A stretch of DNA of 63,534 nt, the filler included, from Rhabdomonas costata (taxonomy: Eukaryota): the NCBI GenBank assembly GCA_019059605.1. It is 56 parts of 56 records of this genome, joined end to end, with 100 filler letters (N's around TTAATTAATTAA, not from the genome) between each part and the next. Parts side by side here need not be neighbours in the genome. Positions count along the whole stretch, not along the records: positions 51,142 to 52,177 come from JAHMHO010032174.1; positions 52,278 to 53,316 come from JAHMHO010032175.1; positions 53,417 to 54,452 come from JAHMHO010032176.1; positions 54,553 to 55,588 come from JAHMHO010032177.1; positions 55,689 to 56,723 come from JAHMHO010032178.1; positions 56,824 to 57,859 come from JAHMHO010032179.1; positions 57,960 to 58,995 come from JAHMHO010032180.1; positions 59,096 to 60,131 come from JAHMHO010032181.1; 48 more parts are not named here. One strand, 5' to 3'. The number at the start of each line of letters is the position of its first letter. Position 1 is the first letter of the stretch. Below the pieces are notes generated by a model that saw only the letters and a program-made list of their open reading frames with translations, was not told the DNA's origin and did no database searches. Below, piece by piece: positions 51,419 to 63,534 of the stretch. The position numbers and the translations under genes were made by a program.

Positions 51419-51695
51419 GGAACCACGGGGTCCCGGTGCCACCCCCAGTCACTGCCCGAGTGGCGCGGGTCGCGGTGAGCCTGAGGGACGTCTACGACAA
51501 CCCCGTGCCTGGGGACTACCACATGGTCACCGTGTGCCTGGGGCCTGACCCCGTCCCACCTGAAAGCTCCTCTTCCGCCTCCCCTTGCGAGGTGGGATGC
51601 TGCTCCAGCTCTGGTCCGTGCTCCTCCTCGAGTTCGTCATCGTCATCCTGTTCCTCGGCCGCAGCCTCAAGCTCCTCGATTTCCTCCTCGTCATG
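51419..51695 (+). CDS. Two probable exons of an unidentified membrane protein, ~35-41-nt intron
   Basis: LRDVYDNPVPG then LLQLWSVLLLEFVIVILFLG; GC3-rich. Confidence 0.4.
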
Positions 51696-52400
51696 GTGTG
51701 CATCCCTGTGAGGAGTTCACTTAACCCCGCCAAATGGGGAATTTGCAATGGCCCCGTGAACACAGTGGCACCCAAACCCTCAGGCAGTGACAAGGCACAG
51801 CGGGGTACAAGGTCCGAAGGGGTCAAGAGGCCCGACGAACTCGTGTTCCATCGAAAATGGTGAGCTATGGGAGGCGAAGGGACCTCAACTCGGCGCCACA
51901 TGTAAGGATGTAAGGGAGGGGCAAGGACCGGGCCAGGGCAGTTATGGCGCTGTGGTCTATGGGCAAAAGAAAGGGCCCAATGGAAGTTAGGAAGGGGGGG
52001 GGGCAAACGGACACCAGTGGTCACTTTCTGAAAACTTTTCTGAAGTTAACTGAGCGGTTACACAATACCCTGACAGCACTTGAAATGACTTTTTTGTTTA
52101 AGCGGGTTACGTATACGTTGCCAGTACTCTCTATGGCTGGGATATGGCCGGACGAGCAGGGCGTATCCCAACCAACCNNNNNNNNNNNNNNNNNNNNNNN
52201 NNNNNNNNNNNNNNNNNNNNNTTAATTAATTAANNNNNNNNNNNNNNNNNNNNNNNNNNNNNNNNNNNNNNNNNNNNCCGCACACTGTACATATGTGTTT
52301 CAACTTATGCCTCTTGCTAATGATTGTGGCGGTTATGAGGTTGAGTTAGGTGGATGTAAAGTTAGGGTATGCGGGCGAGGACATGGGCGTGGGTGGGCAG

Positions 52401-53108
52401 GTCATGAGATCTACAGCTTTGGGCAGGGCCAGTTTGGGCGGCTGGGCCACGGCGACCAGGCGGACCACCTCACCCCCGCGATCATCCGGGGCCTGAAGGG
52501 CCGCTCCGTGGCCGGGGTGGCCGCCGGCCTTTTGCACACTGTCGTGTGGACTGCTGGTATTGGCTCGGATCACCCTTACTGACCATGACCCCCTGTAAGG
52601 AAAGCGGCGCCACAAAAAAATATGGCCCGGGGCGAACTTTTGGCTTTAGGCGTGCGTGTTTGAGCATTTTCCATGCATTGTCAGGCTCCAAACTAAAATA
52701 CTGACTCTCGAAGAGATCCGGGGGTTCATAATAAAGATGTGCACAAAAAACTTCTCTTGCTGGCAAAGGGCGAAGCCGAAGCAGGCATGTGGTCTTTCTA
52801 CACGTAACGCTTGTGCCCCGTGACGATTATTTCAGGGTAGCATTCGGGTTCGTCTGTTGCCGTTGCCGCGACCGTAGTGTTGACCCCTCTCCCAGCACAG
52901 CAGACTCAAGGTCCTTCTCCACCGATTGCACCGCGCGTCTGTCCTGCCTCAGGAGGGGAACTGTACAGCTGCGGTTGTGGCCATGGTGGGCAACTCGGCC
53001 ACGGGGACTTCCGCAACCGCAACGTACCCACCCTTGTCCGTGCCCTTCGAGGGAGACCAGTGATCGGGGTGGCATGCGGGCACTACACCACCCTCGTGTG
53101 GACCCGAG
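52401..53108 (+). CDS. RCC1-repeat protein; exons 52401-52556 and 52953-53108
   Basis: YSFGQGQFGRLGHG...VAAGLLHT; YSCGCGHGGQLGHG...VACGHYTT. Confidence 0.92.
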
Positions 53109-53942
53109 GTTTTCTTCTTTGGCTTTGGGACAATTGCCGTGTTTTTTGTTCGCCTTAGTGCTTTTTCGTGCAATGAAAAGACGCACGTAAAGGAGAGTGG
53201 TTCAAAAGAAAAAAGCCCTTCCCTGTGACGCGCCAGTACGGAAAGTCCTGTTGCACTGTTTTCCGACATTGGATGTCGGTTCACCAGGACCCTCTCCATG
53301 CAATGTTGTGCTGCACNNNNNNNNNNNNNNNNNNNNNNNNNNNNNNNNNNNNNNNNNNNNTTAATTAATTAANNNNNNNNNNNNNNNNNNNNNNNNNNNN
53401 NNNNNNNNNNNNNNNNGTGTGGGTGTGGTTATTTAGTGTCAGTGTGTGCTGATTTGTTTTCTGGTGATTATGACAATCAAAAAGAAGTCAGTTGTTTTTG
53501 CGCGTCACAATATATTGGGTGGATGCAGAACAAGAGTTGGTGACTCTAATGGGGTTTTCTAAATGGGTTTTTATGCTGGTTACCGCTACCTCTGAGTATA
53601 TCGTAGCTTGCCTTCGTTTCGCAGTTTTTTGTCCTTTTCAAGCTAATTTTTTCTGCAGATGGAGTGTTGGTAGCACACCTGCCCGAGCGCACACATCAAA
53701 ATAATACTTACAAACTCATTCTTTGGAGCCTGTTCCTCAAACTGACTGTGAATGCCTGCATCAAAAAGCATACGCGGAAGCAACTTAAACAAAGACAAAT
53801 GAAAAAAGCTGCTACCGCACTACATCCGCAGCACATCTCATGGGGTTCCGTTGCGTGCTGAAGCCCACACTTTAATGGGTTGTGGCCACAAGAAAAATTG
53901 GCATACCTTCACTTGTACGGCACAGAGAAAATGGTGAGGAAG

Positions 53943-54452
53943 TCACTGAAAACAACCATCCTTGATGCACAACAGTAGCAAAATGAAAGGGTAAGAGTCC
54001 TTTTCTAAGTTCCTTTGCCACAGAAACTCCTTCACACAGCTCTCTAATTGGTCAGCGGAGCAACCACCACAAGCTCTGAGAAAGGTTTTCAAGTTTCCGC
54101 AGGCACCGTCAACCCTGAGTGGAAACAACCCGGATTCTGCCTCGAACAGTCTGACTACGACAAAACTCTCCCTTATTGTGATACACCTAAGCAATGAAGA
54201 TACAAAAATCCTTACAGACAGAGGTGTAAGCTCTGGAACCATCAGTAAATAGGAGCGTTCCCGGGGCTAGTCTCTCCACAAGGGGGCGAACATCATCAGC
54301 ACAAGTGGGACCGAAGCGGCGATCATCCTGATCTCTGTTCAGCTTCTCGTATGCCTCTGCCAAAAGGCGACCAGAGCTCCTCTCCCACGGAACCCACGGA
54401 AGTCGCCCTTGACGTCTAAGTCTCTTCCATGCATGCCCTTCCTCTTTCTGCC
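53943..54452 (-). mobile_element. Decayed Merlin/IS1595-like (ISXO2-type) DDE transposase
   Basis: LAPGTLLFTDGSRAY...VYHNKGEF...VSTQ, frameshift, DGACGNLK...LESCVKEFLWQRN. Confidence 0.7.
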
Positions 54453-55822
54453 NNNNNNNNNNNNNNNNNNNNNNNNNNNNNNNNNNNNNNNNNNNNTTAA
54501 TTAATTAANNNNNNNNNNNNNNNNNNNNNNNNNNNNNNNNNNNNNNNNNNNNTTGTTTTGGTGTACAGTGGGCCCTTGCTGAAAACTGTCAGCAGTTTCC
54601 TATGTCCACTTTTCCTTGTTGGTTCGCGCACAGCCCTACTGTCATGCCTTCAGAACATCGTCTTGTGTGTTTGGGTGTGGAGATAACACAGAGTTTTGGT
54701 GAGAAAAGACTGGAGTTTCCACCAAAAATCCAGAAAGTGTCATGGCAATCAAGAGGCAATGACAGTGACTTCGCCACTAAGGAGGGCCTTCGCCACAAAA
54801 TCTCCTGGATACCGTTCATCGCCTTTTCCGGGAGAAGTCATCGAAGTCAGCCCTCTAACAAGCCAGGAAAAGTACCCCAATATAAAAAGTCCACTATTGT
54901 GACAAACCGTTTAACAACCTTAAACCGCTTAAAACGTTGTTAAAACGCTTAACACCCCCCCCCCCGCTAAAAAAAAAACAGCAGTGAACCCCCGTCCCCG
55001 GGGGTTTGGGTTGTTAGATGTCTGATGCCAGAGATCTCCCTCATACCCTTTTCTTTCTCTTTCTTTCGTTAAGAAAATAAAGTTCGACCTTCGCAATCTG
55101 ATTGCCTATCTGCAGTATCCGAGGAAGGCGGCATTGCCGTCACAGTTCTTCTGTCTGTTCTCCTGTTTTGGGGAATCACGGAGGATACAATACACGTCAT
55201 GGATTCAGTAAACATGGCAGGCGGTTGCGCCTGCTCTGTTCGGTGCTGGGTTCGAGGCTGAGGGCATTGCGCAGTGAACAGCACAGGCCAAGCTTCCAGG
55301 GAGCCTCTTCGGCGAAGCAGCTTCCACTGCGATTCCATGAAACCCCCGACCATCCCTGGTGGCTCAGCTTCTGCGAGAGCAAGAAGGAAAGAAGAGAGCG
55401 CGGAAGAGTAATGAAAGCATATGAGATAAGAGATCACACCCAACCTTCTCGCAAAAACTTACACAAACGGAAGAACAAGGGTCATCATCAAAAGCCACAC
55501 AAGGAACATTCATCAGCTGCACGCACCATCTTCTCAGAAGCGTCTCCGGAACAGCCCCCCCTCGCGGGCGATGGTCAGACCCACACACNNNNNNNNNNNN
55601 NNNNNNNNNNNNNNNNNNNNNNNNNNNNNNNNTTAATTAATTAANNNNNNNNNNNNNNNNNNNNNNNNNNNNNNNNNNNNNNNNNNNNTGGGTGGGCAGA
55701 GAATCTGTGCTTAGAAATGTCAAATGCACCCGGAGGATAATCCCGTTTCAGTTTTATTGTCGATTTCAGCCCCTTTTTATTTCGAGTTTTTTCATTTGTC
55801 GTCTCCTGCTTATGTTTTTCAG

Positions 55823-56201
55823 GCTCCGTCGATCGTCTTCATTGATGAAATCGATGCCGTTGGCACGAAGCGCTACGATGCCTCCTCCTCTGGTATCTGA
55901 TCGCACTTCTCGCGTTCGCGTGAGCAGTCTAGAGTCATAACAGACAATTGAGAGAGAGTATAACGGGGACAATTTTTTAAGGGGGTGGGTGGGTGGTAAA
56001 CGCTCAACTCCGTTAATACGAAAACTCTTTATGTTTTGGAGAAGTTGAAGGGGGTTACCTCTCACCTGAATATTCCGGGTTTTTTTCATTTTGTTTGCCC
56101 GAGCCGCTTCTTTTTGGGGATCAGGGGAGAAGGAAATCCAGCGGACGATGCTTGAGCTTCTGAATCAGCTAGACGGGTTTGATAACCTGGAGGACGTCAA
56201 G
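55823..56201 (+). CDS. RPT2: 26S proteasome AAA-ATPase Rpt2; exons 55823-55892 and 56125-56201
   Basis: [19 protein letters not shown]...[20 protein letters not shown]. Confidence 0.92.
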
Positions 56202-56545
56202 GTGAGCTTGTGCTTTCTGCTTTAACATGTCCCGTCATCCGTCAAGAAAAGAAAAGGAATTGAAGAAGCAGAAACATTCGACCACCCTCGATCATTGCTG
56301 TTGCAGTTGCTGCAGTGGTCACATAGAAAGCTAGTTATGACTAAGATTAATATTCTGACGACTGGCCAGCGCGCTGTGCGCTCGACACATGGTCTGAATA
56401 TACAGAAGACCCAGGTGTTGTTTTTTCAGACAATGGTGCGTACTGTCTTGTGTCCTGTATTGCAAAGATAACAATGCGCATGAGATTACTAAAGTGGAAC
56501 GTGGGTGCTCGTGGCTTCGCGATCAACACCAACTCTCTTCTCTAT

Positions 56546-56672
56546 ATTTGGCAGAGATAAATCATTCATCCCGCTCCATGCGAACTGTGGAAGGTGACGT
56601 ACACACACCTCACGGGACGTCACCTTCCAACAGTTCGCATGGAGCGGGATGAATGATTTATCTCTGCCAAAT
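56546..56672. repeat. Near-perfect 55-bp inverted repeat with 16-nt loop, in the presumed intron after the last Rpt2 exon seen
   Basis: Arms 56546-56600 and 56617-56672, one 1-nt indel. Confidence 0.9.
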
Positions 56673-57146
56673 GTAGCATTGGCTGAGTAACAAGTTGCCG
56701 AAACGAGTATTGCTCAAACACAANNNNNNNNNNNNNNNNNNNNNNNNNNNNNNNNNNNNNNNNNNNNTTAATTAATTAANNNNNNNNNNNNNNNNNNNNN
56801 NNNNNNNNNNNNNNNNNNNNNNNGGTGGGGTGGGGCACATGGTCCTTTCTTTCTTTTCATCAGCAATCGAAGCTTCGAGTTGGATTCAAGGGGAAGCCTC
56901 CTTTCGTTGATGGTACTTTTGCTGACGTTTCCTTCTCCTACTGCCCACAGTGCCAGCAATGATTAAAGACACATTTGCCACAGATGCGTTAAGGTGTTGA
57001 CGGGGATTCTACAAAATTGCTATTTTTTCCACAAATTGTGAAGGCACACTGGAAAAGTAGACCCTGCGCGGTGGCTCGAACGGAGAACCCTTTATAAACC
57101 CCTTTCTTCAGAAAGGTGGAGACAAACGTAACCTGTTTTGTTTCAG

Positions 57147-57449
57147 GAAAGCTCTGCCAGGCTGTCAAGGCAGAGGACTGCTTCTGGACTTTGGAGGACG
57201 GTGAGGTTGTCGCCGTTCACCTCACCAAAGTTAACCAAATGGAATGGTGGAAGTATGCTGTTGCGTGCTGTGATCTGTGAGTTGCGGATGCCGCCAGACA
57301 GTTGAATGGCCTTGTAAGTTTGTTCTGAACACTCGTGGCAGCCCATGCTGTTGCCTTCTGCTCGCATATCAGAAACGTCATCCAAGGAGAACCCGAGATC
57401 AATCTTCAGAAGGTGGTGCCGGAAAACAGCAAGCTTGACGATTTGGACT
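57147..57449 (+). CDS. NUDC: Nuclear migration protein NudC; exons 57147-57252 and 57373-57449
   Basis: DCFWTLED...KVNQMEWWK|NVIQGEPEINLQKVVPENSKLDDLD. Confidence 0.93.
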
Positions 57450-58487
57450 GTATGCAAGCCTTTCATTGCAACTTTTCTTTTTGGCAATGCTTCCTGTTTC
57501 TTCGCCTTCGATGCAATACTATACAACTTTGCGTACGCACGCACGCACGCGCGCGCGCGCGCGCTCGCTCGCTCGCAAGCACACACATACGCAGACAGAC
57601 TTTCTTCTTGGACTTTTATTCAGAGTACCTTCTGTGTTACCATATTTAGTAGATGTATTAAATATCAGTGGTGCAGAATGACCGAACGCAATAGGGAAAC
57701 AATAGCTCCTTTTGCACAAAAAAAATATATCAAAATTTTCACTTCTGAACACCCTTTCAACCCCCCCCCCCCCACACACACACCTCATCGTTCCCTCGAC
57801 CTTCTCAACTACGCCGTTTGTCTTCTTGCTCTGGCCCAGTCTCCCAAAAACCCAACACANNNNNNNNNNNNNNNNNNNNNNNNNNNNNNNNNNNNNNNNN
57901 NNNTTAATTAATTAANNNNNNNNNNNNNNNNNNNNNNNNNNNNNNNNNNNNNNNNNNNNGGGGGGTTGGTAGTCGTTCAGCAGTGGTCCGTCGCCGCAGC
58001 CCTGCGGTTTTTCCACACTGAACGCTGAAGCGGGCCGCTCTGATTTCTCTGCATTCTGCTGAGTTGTTGGGAGTTTGGTGGCCTCAAATCAATCATTCGA
58101 CACCATTTGTGCGGGCATGACCAAGGTCATGTTGTGTGATGACGCACACACTTTCGCCCCAGTCTGACATTTCCGCGTCGAAGGAAATTGGCGAATTTGT
58201 GGTGGGATCGTATGTCATGGCCCATGGTAATTGTGAGGAATATCGTTTCACATGCTCTCTGCATCGCTCGCACCGAAGCAAGTCGTCTTCATCAATTGTT
58301 CTGCAACAGTGTCAGAATAGGGCTTCACGTACAAGTCGCACCGTTTTTTTGTCCTTTTCTTTCAGAACTGAAATATAATACTGTCAAATAATTTAAATCA
58401 GTGTTGCGAAGGAATGGTGAAAAATGAATCGCGTTTGCTGATATCTTTTCTGTGGGGAGACATTATTTTCGTATCCGCTCCATTCAG

Positions 58488-58910
58488 GGGTAAGTCCTGT
58501 GCAGAGTGCCTGGATCTGCTGAGGGAGGAGCGTACCCGCGGCGAACTGGAGATCAATGGTGCGGAGATCAGTGTGGACACCCGCAAGCTGTGCTGGCTGG
58601 TGGCTGGGGTCACTGGAGTGCGACACCCCTCCTCCCCCTCTCCGCGGCACTTCTGCCTCTCCGTGACAGCCTCTGAGGAGCTTCCCGCTCCCGAGCAAAG
58701 CCCCGCCTCAGCTGCGGAAGCGGCAAGCGCGCATCCAAAGGATACTGCCGTTGCTGTCAGGCCAAGCCCCCTGGCGGGTGGAGCGCACGATCGCAGCAAA
58801 GGCTCGGGTGCCGCCGAGGAAGCTAGTCCTTCGGGTAGTATCGGTGCCCTTGCCACAGCTTCCTCTGTGAAAGAGAAAGATTCTGTCGGTGGAGATACAG
58901 AGCAAAAGAG
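58488..58910 (+). CDS. Probable exon of an unidentified protein
   Basis: Open frame between CAG and AG|GT, GC-rich. Confidence 0.4.
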
Positions 58911-59423
58911 GTCCGCACGGGGAAGGGGAGGGGGGCTTATTCCCATTCAGATAATTTATTTGAATCTAGATAAGGATAGTTACACCCCAAAACCCNNNNN
59001 NNNNNNNNNNNNNNNNNNNNNNNNNNNNNNNNNNNNNNNTTAATTAATTAANNNNNNNNNNNNNNNNNNNNNNNNNNNNNNNNNNNNNNNNNNNNTGGCT
59101 TATTGACGAACCAAAAGCTTCTAGCGCTTCGGCCAACCAAATGGCTTTTGACAGAACACGAGGATTACCACTGCCTTCAGTCCACAAACTTTTATCCGCA
59201 CGAGCCACGCAGCAACGATGATTGCAGGAGTTGGGAATGTATCATTGTGGCAGCTGACACCAAAACAGTTTTTCCCCACCACGAGAACTCACTTGCCTTC
59301 GTAAAAGGAATCCTCCTGAGAGGGACAGAGATACAACAGTTTTTGTGGTTTTTTTTTTGAAAAACTGAAGAAGGTAGGGGTGGAAATAGTGGCCACCCCT
59401 ACCAATAGAAACAATAAGGTCAC

Positions 59424-60012
59424 CTGAGCCACCGTTCTCCCCCACGACGGGCCCCTTGGGGCATTTCTTTGAGGAGGTGTGCCTGAGCATCTCCTCAATC
59501 ACGTCCAGGGCGTTGTTCCGCACCCCTGGGTCAGCGGAGTCCAGCCGCGTGAAGACCTGCGGAACTACTGTCCGGGGGTGCGCCGCGGCAAACAGTGCCA
59601 GCATCTCCACCACGGGCCTCGCGGCCCCATCCCGAGCGTCCAGCAGCCCGAGAAGCTCGGAGAGGTCCAGAAAAGAGGGCGAGGGAATGACTCCAGGGCC
59701 TCCCTCATCAGCTTCCGGCAACGGCATAATGCACACAGAAAGCAAAGCGGCAGCTAACCGCTGGACATGGTCGTCATGAAGCCGGAGGGTTTGGCTCATT
59801 AACGTGTTTGCTAGGGTTTGGGTGAAGGGCTGGTGGGTGGAAAGGAAGGCAGGCAAGTCCGAAAGCCTGCCAAGGTGGAGGCAAAGCTGTAGCAAGCGGT
59901 ACATCGTTGCCTTCCCGGTTCCAGGTGAATCCGAGGGAGAGGCAACGCAAAGCTTCAGCAGCTGAGCAGCGGTTAGGAGGTTGGAATCTCTGACATCGAA
60001 CTCGGGTTCTGC
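59424..60012 (-). CDS. Large exon of a HEAT/ARM-like helical repeat protein
   Basis: Leu-rich; LDSADPGVRNNALDVI is HEAT-like; CAG and GT flanks. Confidence 0.65.
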
Positions 60013-61924
60013 CTGTGCACCGCCAAGCACACAAACAAAGAGTTGGCAAAAATTGTGATAATGTCACCGCAAAGACGGGGTGCGGCGACAAGTTGAAGCG
60101 AGGCCTAAAACACGACTTATAAACAAAAACCNNNNNNNNNNNNNNNNNNNNNNNNNNNNNNNNNNNNNNNNNNNNTTAATTAATTAANNNNNNNNNNNNN
60201 NNNNNNNNNNNNNNNNNNNNNNNNNNNNNNNGGTGTGAGAGGCAATGGGGGAAGCCCTCGCACTGCAGAAGGTGGGCTGCCGAGCCGTGGGTGCGCCTGT
60301 GCTGGTCACGGAGGCGGTGAAGGGGCAGGTTCTTCATTTTCTATGCTTCAATATCACCTCGCTGTGTGAAGCTTCCCGTTCAGAACGCTGCCAGGGTTTC
60401 GTGTCAGAAGAAGAACCCGAAAAACCCCACTTCGCGATGCGCTGCCGGGGCCTGGAATACCAACATTACCTTCGTTGTTCATTTGACAATTCTGGAGGCA
60501 TATGCTGTATGGGATGATGAAAAATGGAAATAATTCGAACGTACTTACAATTGCGGCTGTAAAAAAACGTTCAAAAAAACCCAGTTGCGCGCTTGCTGGT
60601 TTTTTAACAAGAAAAATCGTAAAGAAATTATAGGTGCCCCAGACAGTGTTCTTTGCAAACGAGTGACCTTGGAAGCAAAGAATGACAGAATGCATCTACA
60701 GTGGAAGCACTCGGGAGCAGAAAGGGATCAGCGCAGTGTCTATCTATGAAAAAGTCTGCACACAAGGGCGCAAGGGTCCTGCCACCCCAGTGCTCTGCTG
60801 TCATCAGCATCCATCCAGGCAACATCCGGCATGCTATGTGCCCAACATACACATGCACACACGGACACACTGACACACACACAGAGTGAGAATTATGTTG
60901 TTGAAAGACTTGGGGCGATGTTGCGGCTCCGTCCGACATTTGCTCCTCTCTTTGCCATGCCAACCAACATCCAAAAGGCCTCAGCAGCTGGACGGAAAGA
61001 GGGCTTTCAGGCCCGCTCTTTAGCCTGCGCGAAGCGCCATGCGGTGTCACCACGTAAACTTTAGCTTTTCGCGATTTTCAAACTTTAACCTGATGTTGTG
61101 TTCAGTGCACATGTTACTCCGATTTTACGCTCCAGGTGGTTGGAGGGCCATTACCGGCTGGCTTTGGAGATCCACCCCATGTTGGAGTACACGCGGTACC
61201 GCGTGGTTGCCGGGCTGACCCCCCAAAGTGAGGTCAGACCCTTCTCCCGTGCCCAAAACCCCNNNNNNNNNNNNNNNNNNNNNNNNNNNNNNNNNNNNNN
61301 NNNNNNTTAATTAATTAANNNNNNNNNNNNNNNNNNNNNNNNNNNNNNNNNNNNNNNNNNNNGGTGGGGGTTCCTTCTGAGTAGGAACCTTCACAAGGAA
61401 CCCCCCCGCCCCGGCTCACGGGTAGCACCACTTCAGGACCGGACTAGATGGGAAACAATCACAACTTGGGCTGGATTGGCCGGTGGAGTTCTGTACTTCG
61501 TCGAATGGTGTGCCCTTGTGTTCATCGAATGTATATAACGGAAGATACGAGGCGCCGGAAGCAACCGGAGGTAGATATCAGTGGCCTTAACTAAAAGGAT
61601 ATGACCTCAAGGGCTTTTCGACCAGTACTTTTTCTGGAGTGGAAACGTTCTGGAGCTTACCTCATTAGCTTCGGCGGTGCTGTATTGTGTTGTTTTTGTT
61701 TGTAACCGTGGAAGTCAGTTTGCGGTCTCTGTAAGGTTTTTTTTGCTGCATACAGTCAGGCATCATTCTTTGTGTTAAGAGGGAAATTGTGCGCTGGCGC
61801 ACCTTCCTGCCCGCCTCCACGCGAGCGTTTCACCAGTGCTACTTTGTATGCTGATATTACGGTTGTTGACTTGTGTTGGAGTTCTTTTGCATCCTTCTTG
61901 TGGATTAATATGTATGCTTTTTAG

Positions 61925-62390
61925 ATTGGCCATTGAGGTTTTACGTGCTGCTGAGCTTGAGGCTGCATCTGCAGAAAACTCCACTGAATTCATCCTCGAT
62001 GCAGACGCTCGGCTACCCACTGTTCTTTTATGCGACCCCACTTTATTGCGCCGTGTGCTAACAAACCTTGCGACCGTAGCCCAACGGTTTTCTCAAAAGG
62101 GTCGCGTTGTGCTTCGACTGAGCTGGGATCCCTTCCGCGGTCACCTGCAGGGGCAGATTGAGGGATCTGGAATTCCGGAAGCCACTGGCGCGAGTAAAAG
62201 CTCCTCTCTGGGTGCAGGAATGGCGCTCAGTTTGTACGTTTGTGAAGTTCTGATCAGCGCAATGTACGGCACGTTTTCCACTGTGGACTACGCTCTTTTC
62301 CCGAGCAACGTCAACTGTAACTTTGACATTCCAGCTCCGGTGTGCAAAAACTTTTGCGAGTGGACAAACCTCACCGCTGTGGTTGTAGAC
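61925..62390 (+). CDS. Degenerate HATPase_c domain of a hybrid histidine-kinase-like protein
   Basis: LPTVLLCDPTLLRRVLTNL...RFSQKGRV...GAGMALSLYVCEVLISAMYG; ends in receiver-like LTAVVVD. Confidence 0.75.
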
Positions 62391-63534
62391 ACACAACANN
62401 NNNNNNNNNNNNNNNNNNNNNNNNNNNNNNNNNNNNNNNNNNTTAATTAATTAANNNNNNNNNNNNNNNNNNNNNNNNNNNNNNNNNNNNNNNNNNNNGG
62501 TTGTGTTTAAGTGCATAGGGACACATCAGGGGGGTTTCTGGTTTCCGAGCCTACCAGCACAGTTTTCAACCTTATCGTTTAACGACGTTAAACCGTTTAA
62601 TGTCGATAAACGGTATGGTTTATTGGCTCAATGACGATAAACACTTTCACCCCCCCCCCTCCGCCCGAAAAAAATGCAAGGTACCCTGTCGCTATCCTTT
62701 GAGGCTCGCAAAAAAATGTCAGCAAATATTCCGTACTGGTAGCAAAAGACACTCCTCATCGAGACCCAAAAAATTGATAGGGACGACAAAAAGACGATAG
62801 CAAACGCTGTCGTCTTCTTGCCGTCGCTGTCTTGTTCTCAAAAGCGATAATAATGTAATCCCGACAGCAAATCCTAGCGTTATTTTGACCTCGCTATCAC
62901 CAGGGGGGGTGTCTTGTGTCTTTGACCAGTATATTGAAGGCACGCATCGTTTCTCATTCCATCCCACTCCCTTACCCAGAAGTGGACCGGCACTTCCTGG
63001 CATCAAGGCTCGAGCGCTGACATAATATTGGTAGCAAATGCTATCTTGATTGCGAACTCGCTATCACCAGCACCAGGGATGGGGGAGGGTGGATCAGTGC
63101 CCCGCATTGCTAAATGCCTTTGCTCGTTGGAAAACAACATCCTGGATCATTTGAATCTTGTTCCCAAATTTCTCCCTTAAGATTTACAGTGATAGGAATT
63201 TTTCTTTGAGAGAAGGGAAAATAGTAGATTATTATAAGATAATATCAGCATGGAAACTGTTTGTTTATCCACTATTTTTCAGAAAAGAAATTCGAATTTG
63301 ACTCGTTAATCCAGTCCATTTCCTTTACGCAAAAAAAAAGGACCCGACGCCCTAGCTCTCGTCAGTGCGCCACAACCCGAAAATTATCACTACTTGTGTG
63401 GCACTCACAAAGTGTGACTAAAGGTGCTGCCAATTGTGTATGAGTTGCATGATTCTGACCCCAACAACCGGTCACGCAGCGTTTCGGGAGGCCAACTGCA
63501 TATTCACCCACCCCCCATGAACCCTGCCTAACAC

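Noticed and set aside
1-63534. Any multi-gene cluster or operon-like system across contigs
   Set aside because: Contig order reflects length sorting, not genomic linkage.

Overview
This is not one locus. It is about 56 unrelated ~1.04-kb contigs joined by 100-nt spacers (N44-TTAATTAATTAA-N44), so neighbouring genes carry no context. Many contigs start with G/T-only and end with A/C-only tracts resembling the GenomePlex-type WGA primer TGTGTTGGGTGTGTTTGG, which points to whole-genome-amplified material. The DNA comes from an intron-rich flagellated eukaryote: short GC-rich exons, mostly GT-AG introns and axonemal dynein. A euglenozoan, probably euglenid, source is my inference, not proven. Recognisable exons: ABCC transporter, two dynein heavy chains, NAK and Wee1-type kinases, OPA/SLC37-type MFS, rhodanese, kelch, FN3, acetyl-CoA synthetase, NudC and a second CS-domain protein, two Sushi modules, a BBE-type oxidase, DUF229, a mitochondrial carrier, a cytochrome-b5 domain, RCC1 repeats, Rpt2, a UPF1/ZNFX1-like helicase and a degenerate histidine-kinase ATPase. 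Decayed mobile elements: two CRE-clade non-LTR fragments, a Ty3/Gypsy integrase and a Merlin/IS1595-like transposase. The best novelty candidate (5687-6723) is a CRE-like restriction-like endonuclease that runs in frame into a 76-codon ubiquitin-like domain. All assignments are by eye; no searches were run.
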